From Chrysomallon squamiferum (taxonomy: Eukaryota; Animalia; Mollusca): 64,000 bases of DNA. The notes below the pieces were generated by a model that made no database searches, was not told the origin of the DNA, and was given only the letters and a program-made list of their open reading frames with translations. Below, in pieces: positions 1-51,526 of this stretch. Numbering within the stretch: position 1 is the first letter of the stretch; every line of letters begins with the position of its first letter. A program made the position numbers and the translations under genes. Location of the stretch: positions 5,084,001-5,148,000 of the forward strand of contig CM022679.1 in the NCBI GenBank assembly GCA_012295275.1, read 5' to 3'.

Positions 1-2649
1 AAAAAAAAAAAAACAAAACATGAACAAAAAAAACCTCAACGAAAAAAAACTGCATCATTTTAAAAATTATAACCGGGCAGTTTTTTAAACATATTTATGT
101 ATGTGTGTGTGCGTCTGTGTGTATGTCAGTATATAGATATATAAAATAATAAAATGAATGAAAGTAAAAATAAAAATTCAAATATCAAAGTAAATGTGTA
201 AAAATTATAAAAAAACCCCAAAACAACAACAAAACAAATATAAATGAATAAATAAAAAAAATAATAAATAAAAAACATAAACAAAACAAAAAACAAAACA
301 AAAATAAATAAATATATAGATAAATAATAAATAAATAAAAAACATAAACAAAACAAAACAACAAACAAAACAAAACAAAACAAAACAAAACAAACAAAAC
401 AAACAAAACAAAACAAAACAAAACAAAACAAAACAAAACAAAACAAAACAAAACAAAACAATCAAACAAATAAATAAATAAACTAATTAATAAATAAACT
501 GACACAATTACTACTGGTGCGTAAAGAAGATTTATCGCCCGAGTTGAGATCTCGCGGTTGAAGATTTTTATTGGTTTCTTCGTGGGAGAGATAAAACCCA
601 GTGATCTGACATCAGCGCTTTTCAAACCACTCATTTCTGAACCACTCATTTCTATAATGTTCTCATGTGTCTTACGGAGCCTAATTAGGCTAGATGACGA
701 CATTATTTTTCTACGAATGATGTGTTATAACATGTTTTTTTCAAGCATGTGATACGTTAATTAATAATACAAATGTTTCATTTCGTTCCTAATTAAGTTT
801 AGAATTAGTAATGAGTAGTTATTTCATTAATACAGTGTTTGTTATGTGATTGTTTGGTTTTTTTTTTTTTTGTGTTGTTGTTTTTGTGTGAGAGAAAGTT
901 GGAGATAGAAAGAAAGAGAGAGAAAAAGGTCTAATGTGTTATGAAAATGATATATAATATGACCATATACACATATAAAGATTGTTTTTTGAAAACTGAT
1001 TTCATTGAATTATTTCTTAAGAAATTCCTCTTAGCTTTAAAAAAAAAAAAAAAAAATTAAGAGAATGAGAAAAAGGTCTAATGTGTTATGAAAATGATAT
1101 ATAATACGAATATCGCTTTATTTTGAATTGTATGTCCATACACATGATCAAAAATAATCTATAAACATAATATTAAAATAACAACAACAACAACAAAAAT
1201 AATTTACAATTAAAATGTGAATCAGTGACGCAGTTCTGATATAAATAGAAAAACGTGACAATAACAACAGTGCTCGGTTGATCGTTTTGTCTTGGGTTCT
1301 GTTTTTTGTTTTTTTTTTTTCTTTTTTTTTTCGCAGTTTTACAATACATTATAGAACGCGTCACTACTTATCTGTATAAGTATATAATTTCTTAAAGGGC
1401 TGGCAGATCGAAATACGTGAACATTAATGTATCAATTATTCATACCTCTAACTAAATGTTGTTTGAAAATTAATGAGCTTCTGTTGAAATATCTTACTGT
1501 TAGTTAATCCCTTATTCGTAACCGCCAAGTGAAGTATTTTAAAATTAATTTATCCGTTGGAAGTACGTTCCATATGACTTACGACGAACAATATTAGTTT
1601 ATTACATATAATTTTATTAATATTATTGCAATACATTCTTAATAAGTACTATGAATTATAGAAATGAACACAGACACACTCAATTACATACGTTGGCTAT
1701 CGGCTTTTTGGCAAGCATTTCATATGTAAAATAATTACATTGGACAATTAGTGTTATATGAAGGATGGACAGTTAATATTATGTAGAATGTGTTTTTTTT
1801 TAAAGGAATTTTTCATAATATAAATTTTTCAGTGATATACAGTTCTTTTCTGTTCTGAACAAATAACTGTTTTAAAAAAAAAAACATTTTTTCCCCCAGA
1901 TATGTATAATGTCATATAATGTGCAATTCAAAATATTCTTTATCATTTTCGTAACACATTAGACATTTTTTGTGTATGATAATTCAACATACTGGCGGTT
2001 TGAAGAAACACGTAATAACAGTATAACAGTCTGGTAGTTATATCTATGAAAAACGTATCTTTTCAAAACTTGTAAAAATTTGGAAGAATTCTGTAATATA
2101 TATTTTCTTTCTTTCTTGAATGACATTATCTACTAAAAAAAAAAAAAAAAAAAAAAAAAATATTTTTTAGTTTCAAGCAAGCCTTTTTTGTAATGGAGTA
2201 TTATCTGGAACAGGATATAGTCATAACACATACTAAGGAGGAGTGACCCAAGAGCTTAGCGAGCCACAGAGATCGGCCTGTGTCAATTATAGCAAATAAA
2301 TGTCAAAGACAGGTTAAAAAGTAAATAAAAAAGGAATACATAAACAAATTAAAAACAACAACAAACAAACAAAAAAACAAAAAAAAAACGATAAAAGAAA
2401 ATAAAATAAAGAAGAAGAAGAAGAAAATAACAAACATTAACAACAAAAGAAGAAGAAGAAAAAAAGTCAACAAAGAAAGATATAAAAAAGAAAGAAACAA
2501 ATAAAAGAGATAAATTGATTCACTGACCGAGTGACTGACTGAGCTGATGAATAAATAAATAAAGTCTGCACTTTCTGATGTTAATCAATAAAAATTAAGA
2601 CTGACACGAGAAAATATCGAAAGGAAGCCACTGTTAAATTAATGGCGTC

Positions 2650-2742
<93 letters not shown>

Positions 2743-5700
2743 CAAACAATAATATTAATAATTTAGCTACTACTGTCTCTGTAATAAACACGAAAAGAAA
2801 CAAAAACAAAGCTAAAGTTTTACCTTGTTACCAGGAAAGTTGAAAATCAAGACTGCCTCAAACCACGAATACTCGGACTCCTGCAACACGAAATTAATGC
2901 TTCTTTAGGAAGCCTGTACACGTTACCAGATTCATTAACTTTGTCTCTCACACACAAACACACACACAAAAAATGTACATAACAACTTCGACTGGAAATC
3001 CTTGTTACGTAATTCGCTAACTCGATAATACACGTCCGTAACACTTCGACCGAACGCGCTGAAAACCCGATTAAGAAATCCGTAGAAGTTACGAAACACT
3101 CCGAATAAACCCGCAGTTAAATCCGGGCCACCCAGCACATCACCGAAGTCAGTTAATTATTTAGAAAATAATAGCAAACAAAACAATTTACGTCTTAACA
3201 CAGCAGGCAACTGTAACCAAAATCATACCACCTTGTAATATATTTATATATATATATATAGATAATTTTTTACACGTTGTCGTTTCAGATGAGCAACCAA
3301 GGAAAAAAAACCAGTCACTGAATTCCGTTAGCTTGTGATGTGTTTCGCGGGCGATTCGAGTGTTTGCTGAACAATTACACCCGTTTATAATAGGCAAGCC
3401 CCGAGAGCAGATCAGGCTTGAAAATAAGAGAAGTAATTTCTCGGTATATCCCGTTACACGGAACAGCACCCTGTCACTTAGTAACCAACAGCAAAACAAT
3501 ACTGTGCGTGCCCCTTAAATATTTCATACAAGTTTTGCCCGTAATGTGTGTTGCGCACGTCAGTGACTACAGTCAGAAAGATTTTGCGATTATTCCTGTA
3601 AATATTTTCTTATATAAAAGCCCAGAGTTGACTGCCTGTGACTCATGGAGAGTGTCTTATAGTTTTTTTTTTAGGCGAGCGCAGGTAAAAGATAAATACA
3701 TGTTATAAATTTGCTGTGTACATGGGGGAAATGTTTTTCGATTTTCGTGTGGGTACATGTTTTGAGATCCGAGCCGGCTGGAGCTGTGAAGAACGTAACA
3801 AGAGCACGTAGAGTAATCTGAATTTGTGAGAATTTGTAAGATAGCTGTTTGAACACTTGCAAGATAATAATAATAAAAAAGCCATCCACATAAAAACAAC
3901 AACAACAACAACAAAATCCCAGCAATAAAAAAACAACAAACAATAAAATAAAAACAACAACATAAAAAAAAACGCAACAAAAAATCAACGGTAACAACAA
4001 AAAAGAAATAAAACAAAACAAAACAAACAACTGAAATAATCGCATATACATTCTCTTTGACATTATCACTGTCTAAACTTACACACACACGTACACATAC
4101 AGACATACACCCACACGCATACACACGCATACACAGACACACTCAAACACACACAAACACACACACACGATGTGTATATAATCATACCACACATATACAT
4201 TCACACCTACACATTCACGCACAGATACAAACAGAAAGACAAACAGACATATCTACACATAAACAGACAAAAAAACCAAACAAAAAAAACCAAACACTTT
4301 TTCCAAACAAGTTGAAATTTTACCGCACTAAAGCATACCAAACAAACATTTACCTTTGTTTGACACCCAATAGCCGATTTATGTTTTGATGCTGGGGTAT
4401 GACTAAACATTCATTCATTCATTCATTTATTCATTCATTCATATTAAACAAACGAACTTAAGCAGAGAGTATATTTTCTGTTCAACTTTAGATCATGTGT
4501 ATGTAAACATGAAACACTTCACCATCACAGTAGACATAGCTAACAAAAAGTCTAAAACAGTCTTTATACCTCAAAGTTTGTTTTTTTACTTAAAGGCCAG
4601 TACGTGATAAAATGATAACTATAGGTATTTTATGCTTATAGTTCTGTTTTCACTCATAGGATTTCGTTTTAGTAAATATATAGATAGGCTTTTTTTTTCC
4701 ACAGATGGTTAGAACAAGGGTTAAAAATTGTTTTCATTCGTCCTGTCATTATTAGAAGTGGATTCTAAGAACAAGCAGAATCTTTTCTACAGGAATACGA
4801 AAATGTTCAACATATGTACCATTTTACATTCACATAGTAACAGTACTAATAGAAGTAATGAGAGTTACACTTATAGTGGTAGAAGAAGTGGTTGTCAAGT
4901 AGAAAATTAGTAGTACTAGTAGTAGTAGAAGTACCGTTTCTAATATTAGTAGCAGTTTGTAGAAGCAGAAGATGTAGTAATAGTAATAGTGTTAATAGTG
5001 CTAGTTGTAGTAGTAGCAGTAATAGTATTAGAAATATAGGCCAGGTAATGGTAGTAATAGTAATAATACAAGTGTAGTATTAGTGGTAGTGGTTGTAGTA
5101 GTAGTAGTAGTGGCAATAGTAGAAGGAATAATAGTAAAAAGGTTGTAGTAATAGTAAGGGTAGCAGTAGGAATAATAGTAGCAACAGCAGCAGCAACAAC
5201 AGTAGGAGTTATAATAACAGTAGTAGTAGCTACTAGTACAGAAGCGACAGAAACTGAATGTACGTTTCTGTACGGAAAGAAATTAAATTAAATTGATTTA
5301 ACCCTATCTTTTATCCACAATAATGAAACCCTGGAAAAACAAAAAAGAAGAAGACATCAGCAACACAGAGAAAAATTAACAAATATCACTCAAAAGCAAA
5401 AAAAATAAATAAATAAATAAAATAAAAATAAAATACACACACAAAAAGGAAAAACAAACAAAAAGATAACAACAACAAAAAAACAAACAAAACAAAAGCA
5501 AAAAAAAAAAAAACAAAAAAAAAATAATAATAAAAATTAAAAATAATAAAATAGGGGGAAAAATAATAATAATAAAATTTTAAAATCCCACTAGAAAACT
5601 CCCAAACGAATAAAATACATGTATTCTTTTTATTTCAATTAGCTGTTTTCCGTTTATATCTTTTTAACACAAACTACGGTCCATGAAAAAAATCCTGAAC

Positions 5701-6851
5701 CTCAAAACAACATAATTATTACCACACAAAGTGACGTTAATGCAATACGCTAAATTGTTTGTGGTAAATGTTTAATATCTCATACAAAATATCAGCCCAA
5801 ACATCGATCGATTTACTAATAACCAAAAACTCGAAAGATAATCGTTATTGGCACATTTTATTTTTCTAAGTAGTAAAACAATGACGTGCAAGACAGAAAT
5901 TAATGGACCAGAAATAAAGGTGAACAGGCTTTTGTTAGCTGTTTATATAACCTCTGACTAAACCACGCAAAACGCTTATCGTTATAAGCAGTAGGTCTAC
6001 GTGAGGTTCTGCTACAGTAATCTGTCAGTGGGTTTATGTTACTGTAAGAACTTAGCTGTTTTTGTTTATACGTTAAGTCGTTGACATAATTTATATCTGG
6101 AGCCCTAATGCTGGTTTATGTTGACTCTTAGAGTGAGTGTTGTATCAGAATTGTTTGGATGTCTAGATAATGTCAATGTATTTAGATGTAACCAAGTTAT
6201 TTGTTTTATATTATGGTATGTTCGTTGCTCACTATGGCTAGACGTATGTAAAAAAATAAAAATTAAAACGACGAATGAATGTTGTAGTTCAGTGAATGGA
6301 ATTCTGTGGGAAGGTGCTTGTAGGCGATTACTTTCTGCTAAGAGTAACCCAAGGAATGTAGAACACCGTTTTCCTTTCTCATTTCATGGTATATATTGTG
6401 GTGATATATTTGAAGTAGAAGACTGAGGGTGAAGAAATGGATCAATGTACAAATAAGTAAATAAATATATGAAAAACAAACAAGCAAGCAAGCAAATAAA
6501 AAAATAAATTTAAAATAATATATGTACAAATAAATAAATCAATGAACAAATAAATAAACAAAAATAATAAATATACAAATGAATATATAAGAAAGCAATA
6601 AATAAAAATATATAATCAAAATTAAATGTACAAATGAATGAATGAATGAATAAATAAATATAAATAATAAATGTACAAAGAAATAAAGGAATGAATGAAT
6701 AAACAAATAAATAAAAATGAAGAGAAGAGAGAAACACTAAACAGTTTCATTGTACAACATTTATTCATAATGATTTTTTGTTATGATTTGTATTTTGAGG
6801 TAATGGTTTATTTCTATACATCGATTCAATTAAATAAAAGGAAAACACGGT

Positions 6852-6986
<135 letters not shown>

Positions 6987-7640
6987 GTCTTTATAATAAT
7001 AATAATAATAATTTAAAGAAAAATATTAAGACAGTTAACCGTTAATAATAATAATTTAAAAAGCCCTAACAAAACAAAACAAGAAGAAAAAAGCCCACAA
7101 CAAACATTTAAAACAATTATTCGAAAAAAAGATAATGCTAGACCTCCCCTTGAAAAAAAACCAATCCCAAAGTCTCTAGTATATACTTTTATATCACTGA
7201 AAAACAAATAAACAAGAATATAACTTGACGGTATCATTAATAACAGTAATTACAAATATTATTTATTTATCTATCCCGTAAACTAAAGAACTACATGTCT
7301 TTAGTCAAAGGGACGTTACTCTGCTTGAGCTGCCATGCTAGGTAATCGTTCTCGATTTTGTGAACTCGTCCATGAACGATAACTCAGGATGACCACAATG
7401 ATTATTACTGTTCTCTGTCACGTATTCATCAGAGGTAGATGACTTCGGCTAAGCTATCATAATTTCTACAAAAGCGACATAATAACTTCCTGAGCCGCCA
7501 TTTTGGTCAAAGAGGAGACAACTAAAAACTATATACTTCGTGCAGACAGACCATTTTCGAATAAAACATCTCGGACGTCTGTAGAATATACCAGACATTA
7601 AAGTGCATTGCCTTATCTCTGCGGAGGACTGAAGAACGAG

Positions 7641-15333
<7,693 letters not shown>

Positions 15334-17774
15334 AGCACTGCAACCCCTGCAACAACAACAACAACTACAACAACAACACAAATAATAATAATAATATCAA
15401 CAACTACAGCCACAACAAGGACAACAGTAAAAATAATAATAATAAAATAACAACAACAATTACAGCATTAATAGTAGTTGTAGTAGTAGTAGTAATAGTA
15501 GTAACAAAAACAACAACAGCAACAAGAATAAAAAAGTAATAAATAAAAATAGTTTTAAATAAAGGAAATTCGATTAATAAATAACTAAATAAATATGTAA
15601 ATAAACATTTTGTGATGTTACTGTAAAAAATAGTATTTATTACTTTTAAATTTATATTAAAAAGATTAATTATCAATAAATAACTAAGTTAAAAAGTGTT
15701 TTTGTTGTTCATTTTTCTTTACACAATACAACTAAAGTTTAGTTTACTAATCTACAGAACATCATTTGTAATTATTAACTTCAGTGCTATTACTGTTTTG
15801 AAATATTGCGATTGTTTATTAATCTTGTGGGCATCTGCTTACGCCATTTATTTCAACTTTATTTCAGAACTTAATGATTATTAATGTTTTTAAAACAGAT
15901 GAACAAAACGTTAATTATACAGGCCGTCAAATATTAACTTACATAAGAACAATTTCTTAACAAAGTCTTTCCCATTTGTAACATAACTGTTTTAAATTTT
16001 ACTTACGTAGAGTATATCATTTGCGACAGATAATCTTTAATAGTCATGGGGAAAAAGAATTTCAGTTCATTAATTAGCACAATTTTAAAAATAATTTTAA
16101 AAACAACCCTCTTTCTTTGTGCAGTAAGTAAACAGACCGAGTGAGACAAATCGCTCTGAAGTAAATTGTCTTAGAACGATAACCACACAACAAAACTTTT
16201 TAATAAAACTTTTAACAAGGTTATTTTTGTAAACCTTCAGCATCTTTAGAAATTTTAATCTTCCCGTCAAACTAATATTTAACAATCTACTCACCTTTAG
16301 AATTTTAACCACACGGCAAAACTTTCCGATAAACGATCTGTTAACATGGTGCAACTGTACTTTGAAGACATCAGTCTAAAAAAAACACACACACACACAC
16401 ACCTAAACAAACACACGCGATTGCTTAGAAGCTAAAACTTCACGCAAAAACGAGAATTACTCAACCACCGATATAAAGAAACATGATTTTCTTTCAGCGT
16501 CCAGCTGGAAACTCCGTGTAAAACGAGAATTATTTGACGATTTTCCTTTCACGGTTCTTCGTTCACCTCAACGCGTTCCTAGTCTTGTCACCCCGCGTTG
16601 ACTCAAATGTAACCCAACCTCTCGCCCTGTTCCTGCATTACCCACGGTAATGACGGGTCGACAAATCTCTTTATTTTATTTTATTTTATTTTTTTGTGTG
16701 TAGGAGGGTTACAGGTACACGAGCACAAAAACAGCTGCATTTGCTTGAATGGGACGACTCCGGCTGAAGACGTCGTTGAGATACGACAAGCCGTTGTGCA
16801 GATATTACTCACAATTTCACGCTGCAGTTAACACGTACCATATGAACTCAACTCTTAACACTGACGTTCATACATTCGTTGTCAAAAAATCCCATTCCGT
16901 TTATTATTATTATTATTATTATATATATTTTTTTATTACGTGTCTGCACGAATCCAGATTTTATATTTTACCTGTTTATTTCCTTTTGGATGACTCTGTA
17001 GGCTTTTCACTTTTTATTATTCAGTAAACGTCAGTGATATTATAAAGAGAGTGTATTTTCATAAACAGCCGATTAAAATGCTCTGAAGAAAGATGCATTG
17101 TCATCGTTATATGTAGTTATTCTATAAATATTTTTCAAATGTAGGTGACTGGTATAAGCTTTGCACATTTTCTGTCATAGAACGAATATATAAATGAACT
17201 CGAATGACGTACGATCTGTCTAGAACGAGATAAAAGTTACGTAGAAAAGCAACTGTAGCTTGTACCTGTTCATCCTTGTTACTACTCTTAATACTACTAC
17301 TACCATCACCACTACAACAAGTTAGTACCACTACTATAATTAGTACTACTACTATCACCACCATCACCACTACCACTTAGCTGGTACAACAACGACAACA
17401 ACAACAATAACTATTACTACTACTACTATTACTACTTTACTACTACTGCTATTTCTATTAATTATACAACTACTATTGCTAATAATAATAATACTGGTAA
17501 AAATAATGATGAAAATGATAATGGTAAAACTGCTAGTAGTAATGATGATGATGACGATGATAATAATGATAAGAATCACAAGAATAATAACAATAGCATC
17601 AACAATAGCAATAATGATGATGATGATAATAATAATGATAACAAGAACAACAGCAACAATAATAAAGTAATGATAACAAGAGCATCATCATTAGCAACAA
17701 CAATAACAATAATAATAATGATAAAAATAATGATGATAATAATAATGATAATGATAATGATGATGATGATGATG

Positions 17775-17808
<34 letters not shown>

Positions 17809-17856
17809 TCAAAAATAATAATAATGACAAAAATAATGATGATAAGAATAATGATA

Positions 17857-17888
<32 letters not shown>

Positions 17889-18406
17889 AATAATAATAAT
17901 AATAACAATAACAATAACAAATATAACCACTGGCAAAGTACTCACATCTTCAGAATAAAAACACTGCATGTTATTTAGACTCTGGTATGATAAATAGACA
18001 CACTGACATTCAGTGACTTGAAATTCTTTAATCGGCGGAAACCGACAATATATCATTAAATATTTGCAAAACGTAAGCTGTCATATTTTCATATCCACTG
18101 GGGTTATCGTCTACGAATTCATTTATTAATGAAGTCGATGTTTACCAATTTATATTTTTATTTTTGTTGTTGGGAATGTATTAATTTACCAGTGTTGTTT
18201 TATATTTTTGTTTCTTTTATTTCTGAAAAATGTATGTTTACATACACACATGCACACACGCAGACCCAAAGACATACATATGTAAACGAATGAATCAATA
18301 TTTAATTTAGAAATATATAAGGGGTGCAGAAACATAATTCGTGATTTTAAAAAAGAATAATTTGGTTTTAAGACACACACACAGAGAGAGAGAGAGAGAA
18401 AGAGAG

Positions 18407-18489
<83 letters not shown>

Positions 18490-18628
18490 CTACGACAAAG
18501 AAAAGACAGAGTTCATCATCTAGCTTAAACGTCTAGTTTTGCGGTTACTATGAATGTATATACATAAAAAAGACAAAACATACTCTTACATTTTTGTACG
18601 CACACTGAATGAGTATATAGATAATATA

Positions 18629-18717
<89 letters not shown>

Positions 18718-18774
18718 ATTCACACACACCCACACACATACCTATATATATATAAAATTAAAAATATTATATTA

Positions 18775-18895
18775 TGATAAATTGACAAAATATAAAACCG
18801 TGGTAAAAGATTATCTCTAGAGCGAAGTACTGTGACATTGTCAAATCAGAGATAAGAGACCAGACTTAGAGTGTTTTCTTGATAAGAAATTATCT
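18775..18895 (+). promoter_or_regulatory. Candidate gene B promoter: TATAAAA at 18791 with five WGATAA motifs
   Basis: tataaaa 18791-18797; GATA motifs at ~18775, 18811 (rev), 18850, 18880, 18890 (rev), just upstream of ATG 18933. Confidence 0.45.
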
Positions 18896-18932
18896 GCACG
18901 ACAAACACAGTCTGGAGACAAAGCCGAGAAAA

Positions 18933-27670
<8,738 letters not shown>

Positions 27671-27692
27671 ATCAGTAATCTGAAAATTCTGC

Positions 27693-27698
27693 AATAAA
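27693..27698 (+). terminator. Polyadenylation signal of gene B
   Basis: AATAAA 23 nt after the stop, followed by GT/T-rich sequence. Confidence 0.7.
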
Positions 27699-27771
27699 CA
27701 CTTTTGTGTCAGAACTGATACTTTGTTGTAGTTGTTGTTACGGATATTTTACTTACTCTTGCTGTTGGTGG

Positions 27772-27831
<60 letters not shown>

Positions 27832-29323
27832 TAATAATAATAATAACGATAATAATAATAATAAATAATGATGATGATGATAATACAATTTCTATACGTA
27901 TTAACAGTTATATTTAAAATGAACTAAACTGCGATTTCCATGACATTGAAAAGTCGCAGTATTTTACAGTTTACTGTTTTGAAAGAAGAGATTATCTACC
28001 ACAACATAAATACAACATTATGATAGAAATTTACTACTACAACAACAACAACAACAACAACAATTACTACTACTACTACGACCACAACTGCTACTACTAC
28101 AACGACTCCTACTGCTACTACTATTACCACTACTTCTGCTATTGCTACTTCTATTGGTACTACTTTTACTACGACAACCACTGCTAAAGCTATTCCCATC
28201 TCTACCGCTATTATTATTACAACCGCTCTACTATTACAACTGCTACTACTGCCACGACTGCTACGACGACTATTATTAATAGAACAAACTGCTGCTACAA
28301 GAACAACTACACTACGGATTTATTTCGTATTTATGCTCTTATTTGTTTAGTTCGCTGTTTGATCACTCGATTTTCATTATTTGCTCTCGCCGATTCTTGC
28401 AACTGTTGTTAAGAAGATCGTTATTTTTCCTCACAAACGTCTAACGGCTTAAAGCCTCGAATAACTTTCATGCTGAAACCTTTTAACATTCGAGATGTAC
28501 GCATTATGCTAATGCTGCGTAAATGCAGAACAGTTTTATGCAAATGTTTGATGAAAGACTTTTGGGTCGCCGTCAATAAACGGCGACAGACCGTCTGGCA
28601 GTTGTAACAAAAGTTTGACGTGGATTTACGACGAATGAAAAGGTTAATTTGTTAACTTCGGAAAGTTCTTGAGCCTTGTGACATAACGTGCACAACATAT
28701 TGCAATGCAACAATGCAAATCTCTAAACTGCGCCCTTTGAAGGGATAACAGATTTTCCAAGTCCTTGTTATGCCGAAAACCGAACTTTATAAAGTTTTAC
28801 ACACACACACACACACAAACACGATGCAAGGAAGTTAGGAATAATGTCTCAAGAAGTTATAGGATGATTATCTGTAATACAGTTGTTATACGTAATAATA
28901 ATATGAAAAGAGGAAAATACAGGACTACTCCTCCCGATTAGCAGTAATAATTGTTTTGTAACGCACCTTCCCTTAAACTTGGCAAAAAATGCGTTTTTTT
29001 TTTTTTTTTTTTTTTTAAGCCTTTTCTATGGAAACAGTCTTCGTATGAAAGACTTCCTCTATAATTACTAATTAAGAGGTGAGAGAAAGAAAGAGAGAGA
29101 GACCCAAAAGAGAAGGAAATAGAGATGGCGTGAGAAAAAGAAAAGGAGAGAAAGATATTAAAACATGGAGAAGGAAATGAAGAGAAAAACAGACGCAAAG
29201 ACAGACATTGGTGAAATGAGAATAAAACATCTAATGATTTAAAAAAAAAAAAAATTTGAACAGCTGAGTGAGAGAGAAAGAGAGAAAGACAGAGAGAGAC
29301 AGAGACAGAGAGAGATAGATAGA

Positions 29324-29375
<52 letters not shown>

Positions 29376-29539
29376 TAAGAGTGAGTGAGAGATAGCATCA
29401 GCATGAGAGACAGAGACAGAGAGAGATATAGATAGATAGAAGATAGATAGATAGATAGAGAGAGAGGGAGTGAGAGTGTATGAGAGATAGCATCAGCATG
29501 AAAGAAAGAGAGAGAGATAGAAAGAACGAGTGAGAAAAA

Positions 29540-29570
<31 letters not shown>

Positions 29571-30134
29571 GAGAAAGAGAAGGAGAGAGTGACAAATAGA
29601 AAGAGAAGGAGAGAGTGAGAGAGACTAAATGAGAGCTAAACATGTAAAAATACTATAAAATCTGAAAAGCAGAGTGTGTGCGTGTGTGAGAGTGAGAGAG
29701 AAAGAAAGAGAGAGACAGACGGACAGACACACAAAGACAGAGATCACGATGAAAGGGAGAAAAGATAGAGAGAAGGAAAGAAGATGTAAAGACAGTTATA
29801 GTGAGATGGTGAGAGAGACACAGGAATAGAAAGAGAAAGAGAGAAAAAGAATAATAAAGGAAATAAATAAATAATAATAATAATAATAATAATAAAATAT
29901 ATCAATAAATCTGAACTGGTGACTTTTAAAATGTAATGATATATTTTCAATTTTCGCTTAAATTTATTTTGATTAGTATTCACTTCTTTTGCTCTTGCTT
30001 ATGGATTTTTCATTGTTTTCGTATAACGGAATTCAGCGTAAATTTGAAACTGCTGCAACATTTGAATGCCGAATCATTAAATAAAATATATGTCAATCTC
30101 ACCTGACACCAACCAAAGGTAAATACAGCATATA

Positions 30135-30194
30135 TATAAAAGCTGTTTAGAACAAAATTTCCACACTTTTTCTTTTGGCCAGAGAATAACATTG
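30135..30194 (+). promoter_or_regulatory. Candidate TATA box and short non-coding first exon of gene C
   Basis: TATAAAA 30135-30141; consensus donor TG|gtgagt at 30194/30195; the next acceptor tttcag ends at 30488, 1 nt before ATG. Confidence 0.55.
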
Positions 30195-30489
30195 GTGAGT
30201 TTGTTTTTCATATTATTTCTTCTTATTTAGTTGGGTACTCCGTTTCATTTCATGTTTCTTTAAATAAACAAATAAAAAAATAATGAAAAAAAACAAACAA
30301 AAAAACTATCAAATAACTAACCGAGTACCAAAATGAATGAATGAATGAACAAGTAAATAAATAAATAACGTTGCTAACTATTAAGAAAATGATACACGAA
30401 AAAACTTCTTTCTAGGATGACTTTAACCATTTCCCCGCAATTATTTCTGTTTTACTGACATTAACGTTATTTTGAAACTCAGTTTCAGA

Positions 30490-49814
<19,325 letters not shown>

Positions 49815-49888
49815 ATCTGTCGCTTCTCACGTGTAACAAAACACCCGTAGATACCTGGTAGTTCTGACGTTATCGCGTTCTGTGACGT

Positions 49889-49894
49889 AATAAA
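49889..49894 (+). terminator. Polyadenylation signal of gene C
   Basis: AATAAA 75 nt after the stop, followed by a T/GT-rich tract. Confidence 0.65.
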
Positions 49895-50376
49895 TTATTC
49901 GACAAATCCGAATTTTTGTGTTACGGTTAACGTTGTCTTCTTTTTTTTTTTTTTTTTTCATTCAAACTGTTTGGGAGCTCTGAAATAATATTTTAAGACA
50001 TATTTATGAGAATTATGAATTAACAAAAGCATTGTATAATCTGTAGATGTTTTAATTTTTATTAAACAGTGAAATAAAAAAAAAAAAAAAAAAACTGAAA
50101 TTGTGGGTAGGGTGGGGGAATTGGTGGAGGATGGTCTGTGAAAGATGAAAATAGCAAAAAAAAAAAACTATCTATCTAAGCTGGGTTAGCTAAATTTGTG
50201 TCTTGTTGTTGAGGATTTTTCATCTTCTAAAATTCTAAAATCTGTTTCATCAATTTCCACAGCTCAGTACCTTCTTGAAGGGGCTTTAAAACAATACTGA
50301 ATATTTAGTATTTTATTTAAAATGTATTCCAAGTATTTTCGTTTTTGTATGATTATATGTGTATATCTTTATCTAT

Positions 50377-50491
<115 letters not shown>

Positions 50492-50536
50492 CCTCCCTCC
50501 CTCCTTCCCTCCCTCTCTCTCTCTTTTCTTTCTGTT

Positions 50537-50569
<33 letters not shown>

Positions 50570-50722
50570 GTCTGTATCTGTCTATGTGTGTGCATGTGTG
50601 TGTGTGTGTGTGTGCATATGTGTGTGTTTGTGTGTACATATGTGTGTATGTGTGTGTGTATGAAAATGTAGATTATAAGCAAAACCTTTAAAATCCAAAA
50701 ACGATCTTAATAAATTTCAGGA

Positions 50723-50768
<46 letters not shown>

Positions 50769-51476
50769 TAATAATAATAATAATAATAATAATAAATCAA
50801 TAAATAAAGAAAAGAAAAAATATATGGTTGACACCTAACATATATTCAGATACTATTAAACAAATTTTAATCTATAAAACAATATCTTTATGCTGACAGA
50901 AAAAATAAAAAATAAAAAATAAAAAATAAAAATAAAAATCCTTAGAACAATGTCATTGATTTTCCTCTCACACCGTTCCGTTAAACAAAATCTCTAATAT
51001 TCATTAATGAGTTTTGGAAAGTCGTTGAGCAAGATATACATTTATTCATTCCTTCTAAACCTCACAGTAATGGAGTCGGTAGAATGAACGAAAACGTTAC
51101 ACAGAGATGAAGCATGGTGTTAAGCTTGTGATGTGACACTAAGACTACATTACTTAAAGATTACCCCGTTCTTTATTGACCGACAATGCTGACGTTTGGA
51201 GAGTTAAAATAGCGTTAAAACCGCATTACTTAGAGATTACCACATGCCTTGCTGACCGACAACATTGACTGTTTAAAAATCGTGTTGCGTTTACATTACC
51301 ATTTTGCGTACATTCACACCAGATACAAATGGAAGAGAATAATAAATTAGTAATTACATTTTTTCGTCTTTCTCCGATTGCTCTAATTTATTTATTTATT
51401 TATTTGTTTGTTTGTTTGTTTGTTTTTATTATTATTATTATTATTATTATTGTTATTATTATTATCATTATTATTA

Positions 51477-51526
<50 letters not shown>

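Noticed and set aside
919-1106. ~40-bp direct repeat gagaaaaaggtctaatgtgttatgaaaatgatatataata (two copies)
   Set aside because: Small local duplication with no associated element structure
28567-28600. 8-bp hairpin gtcgccgt-caataa-acggcgac resembling a Helitron 3' end
   Set aside because: The following CTGG is not at an A|T junction, no 5' end or second copy was seen, and it may be chance
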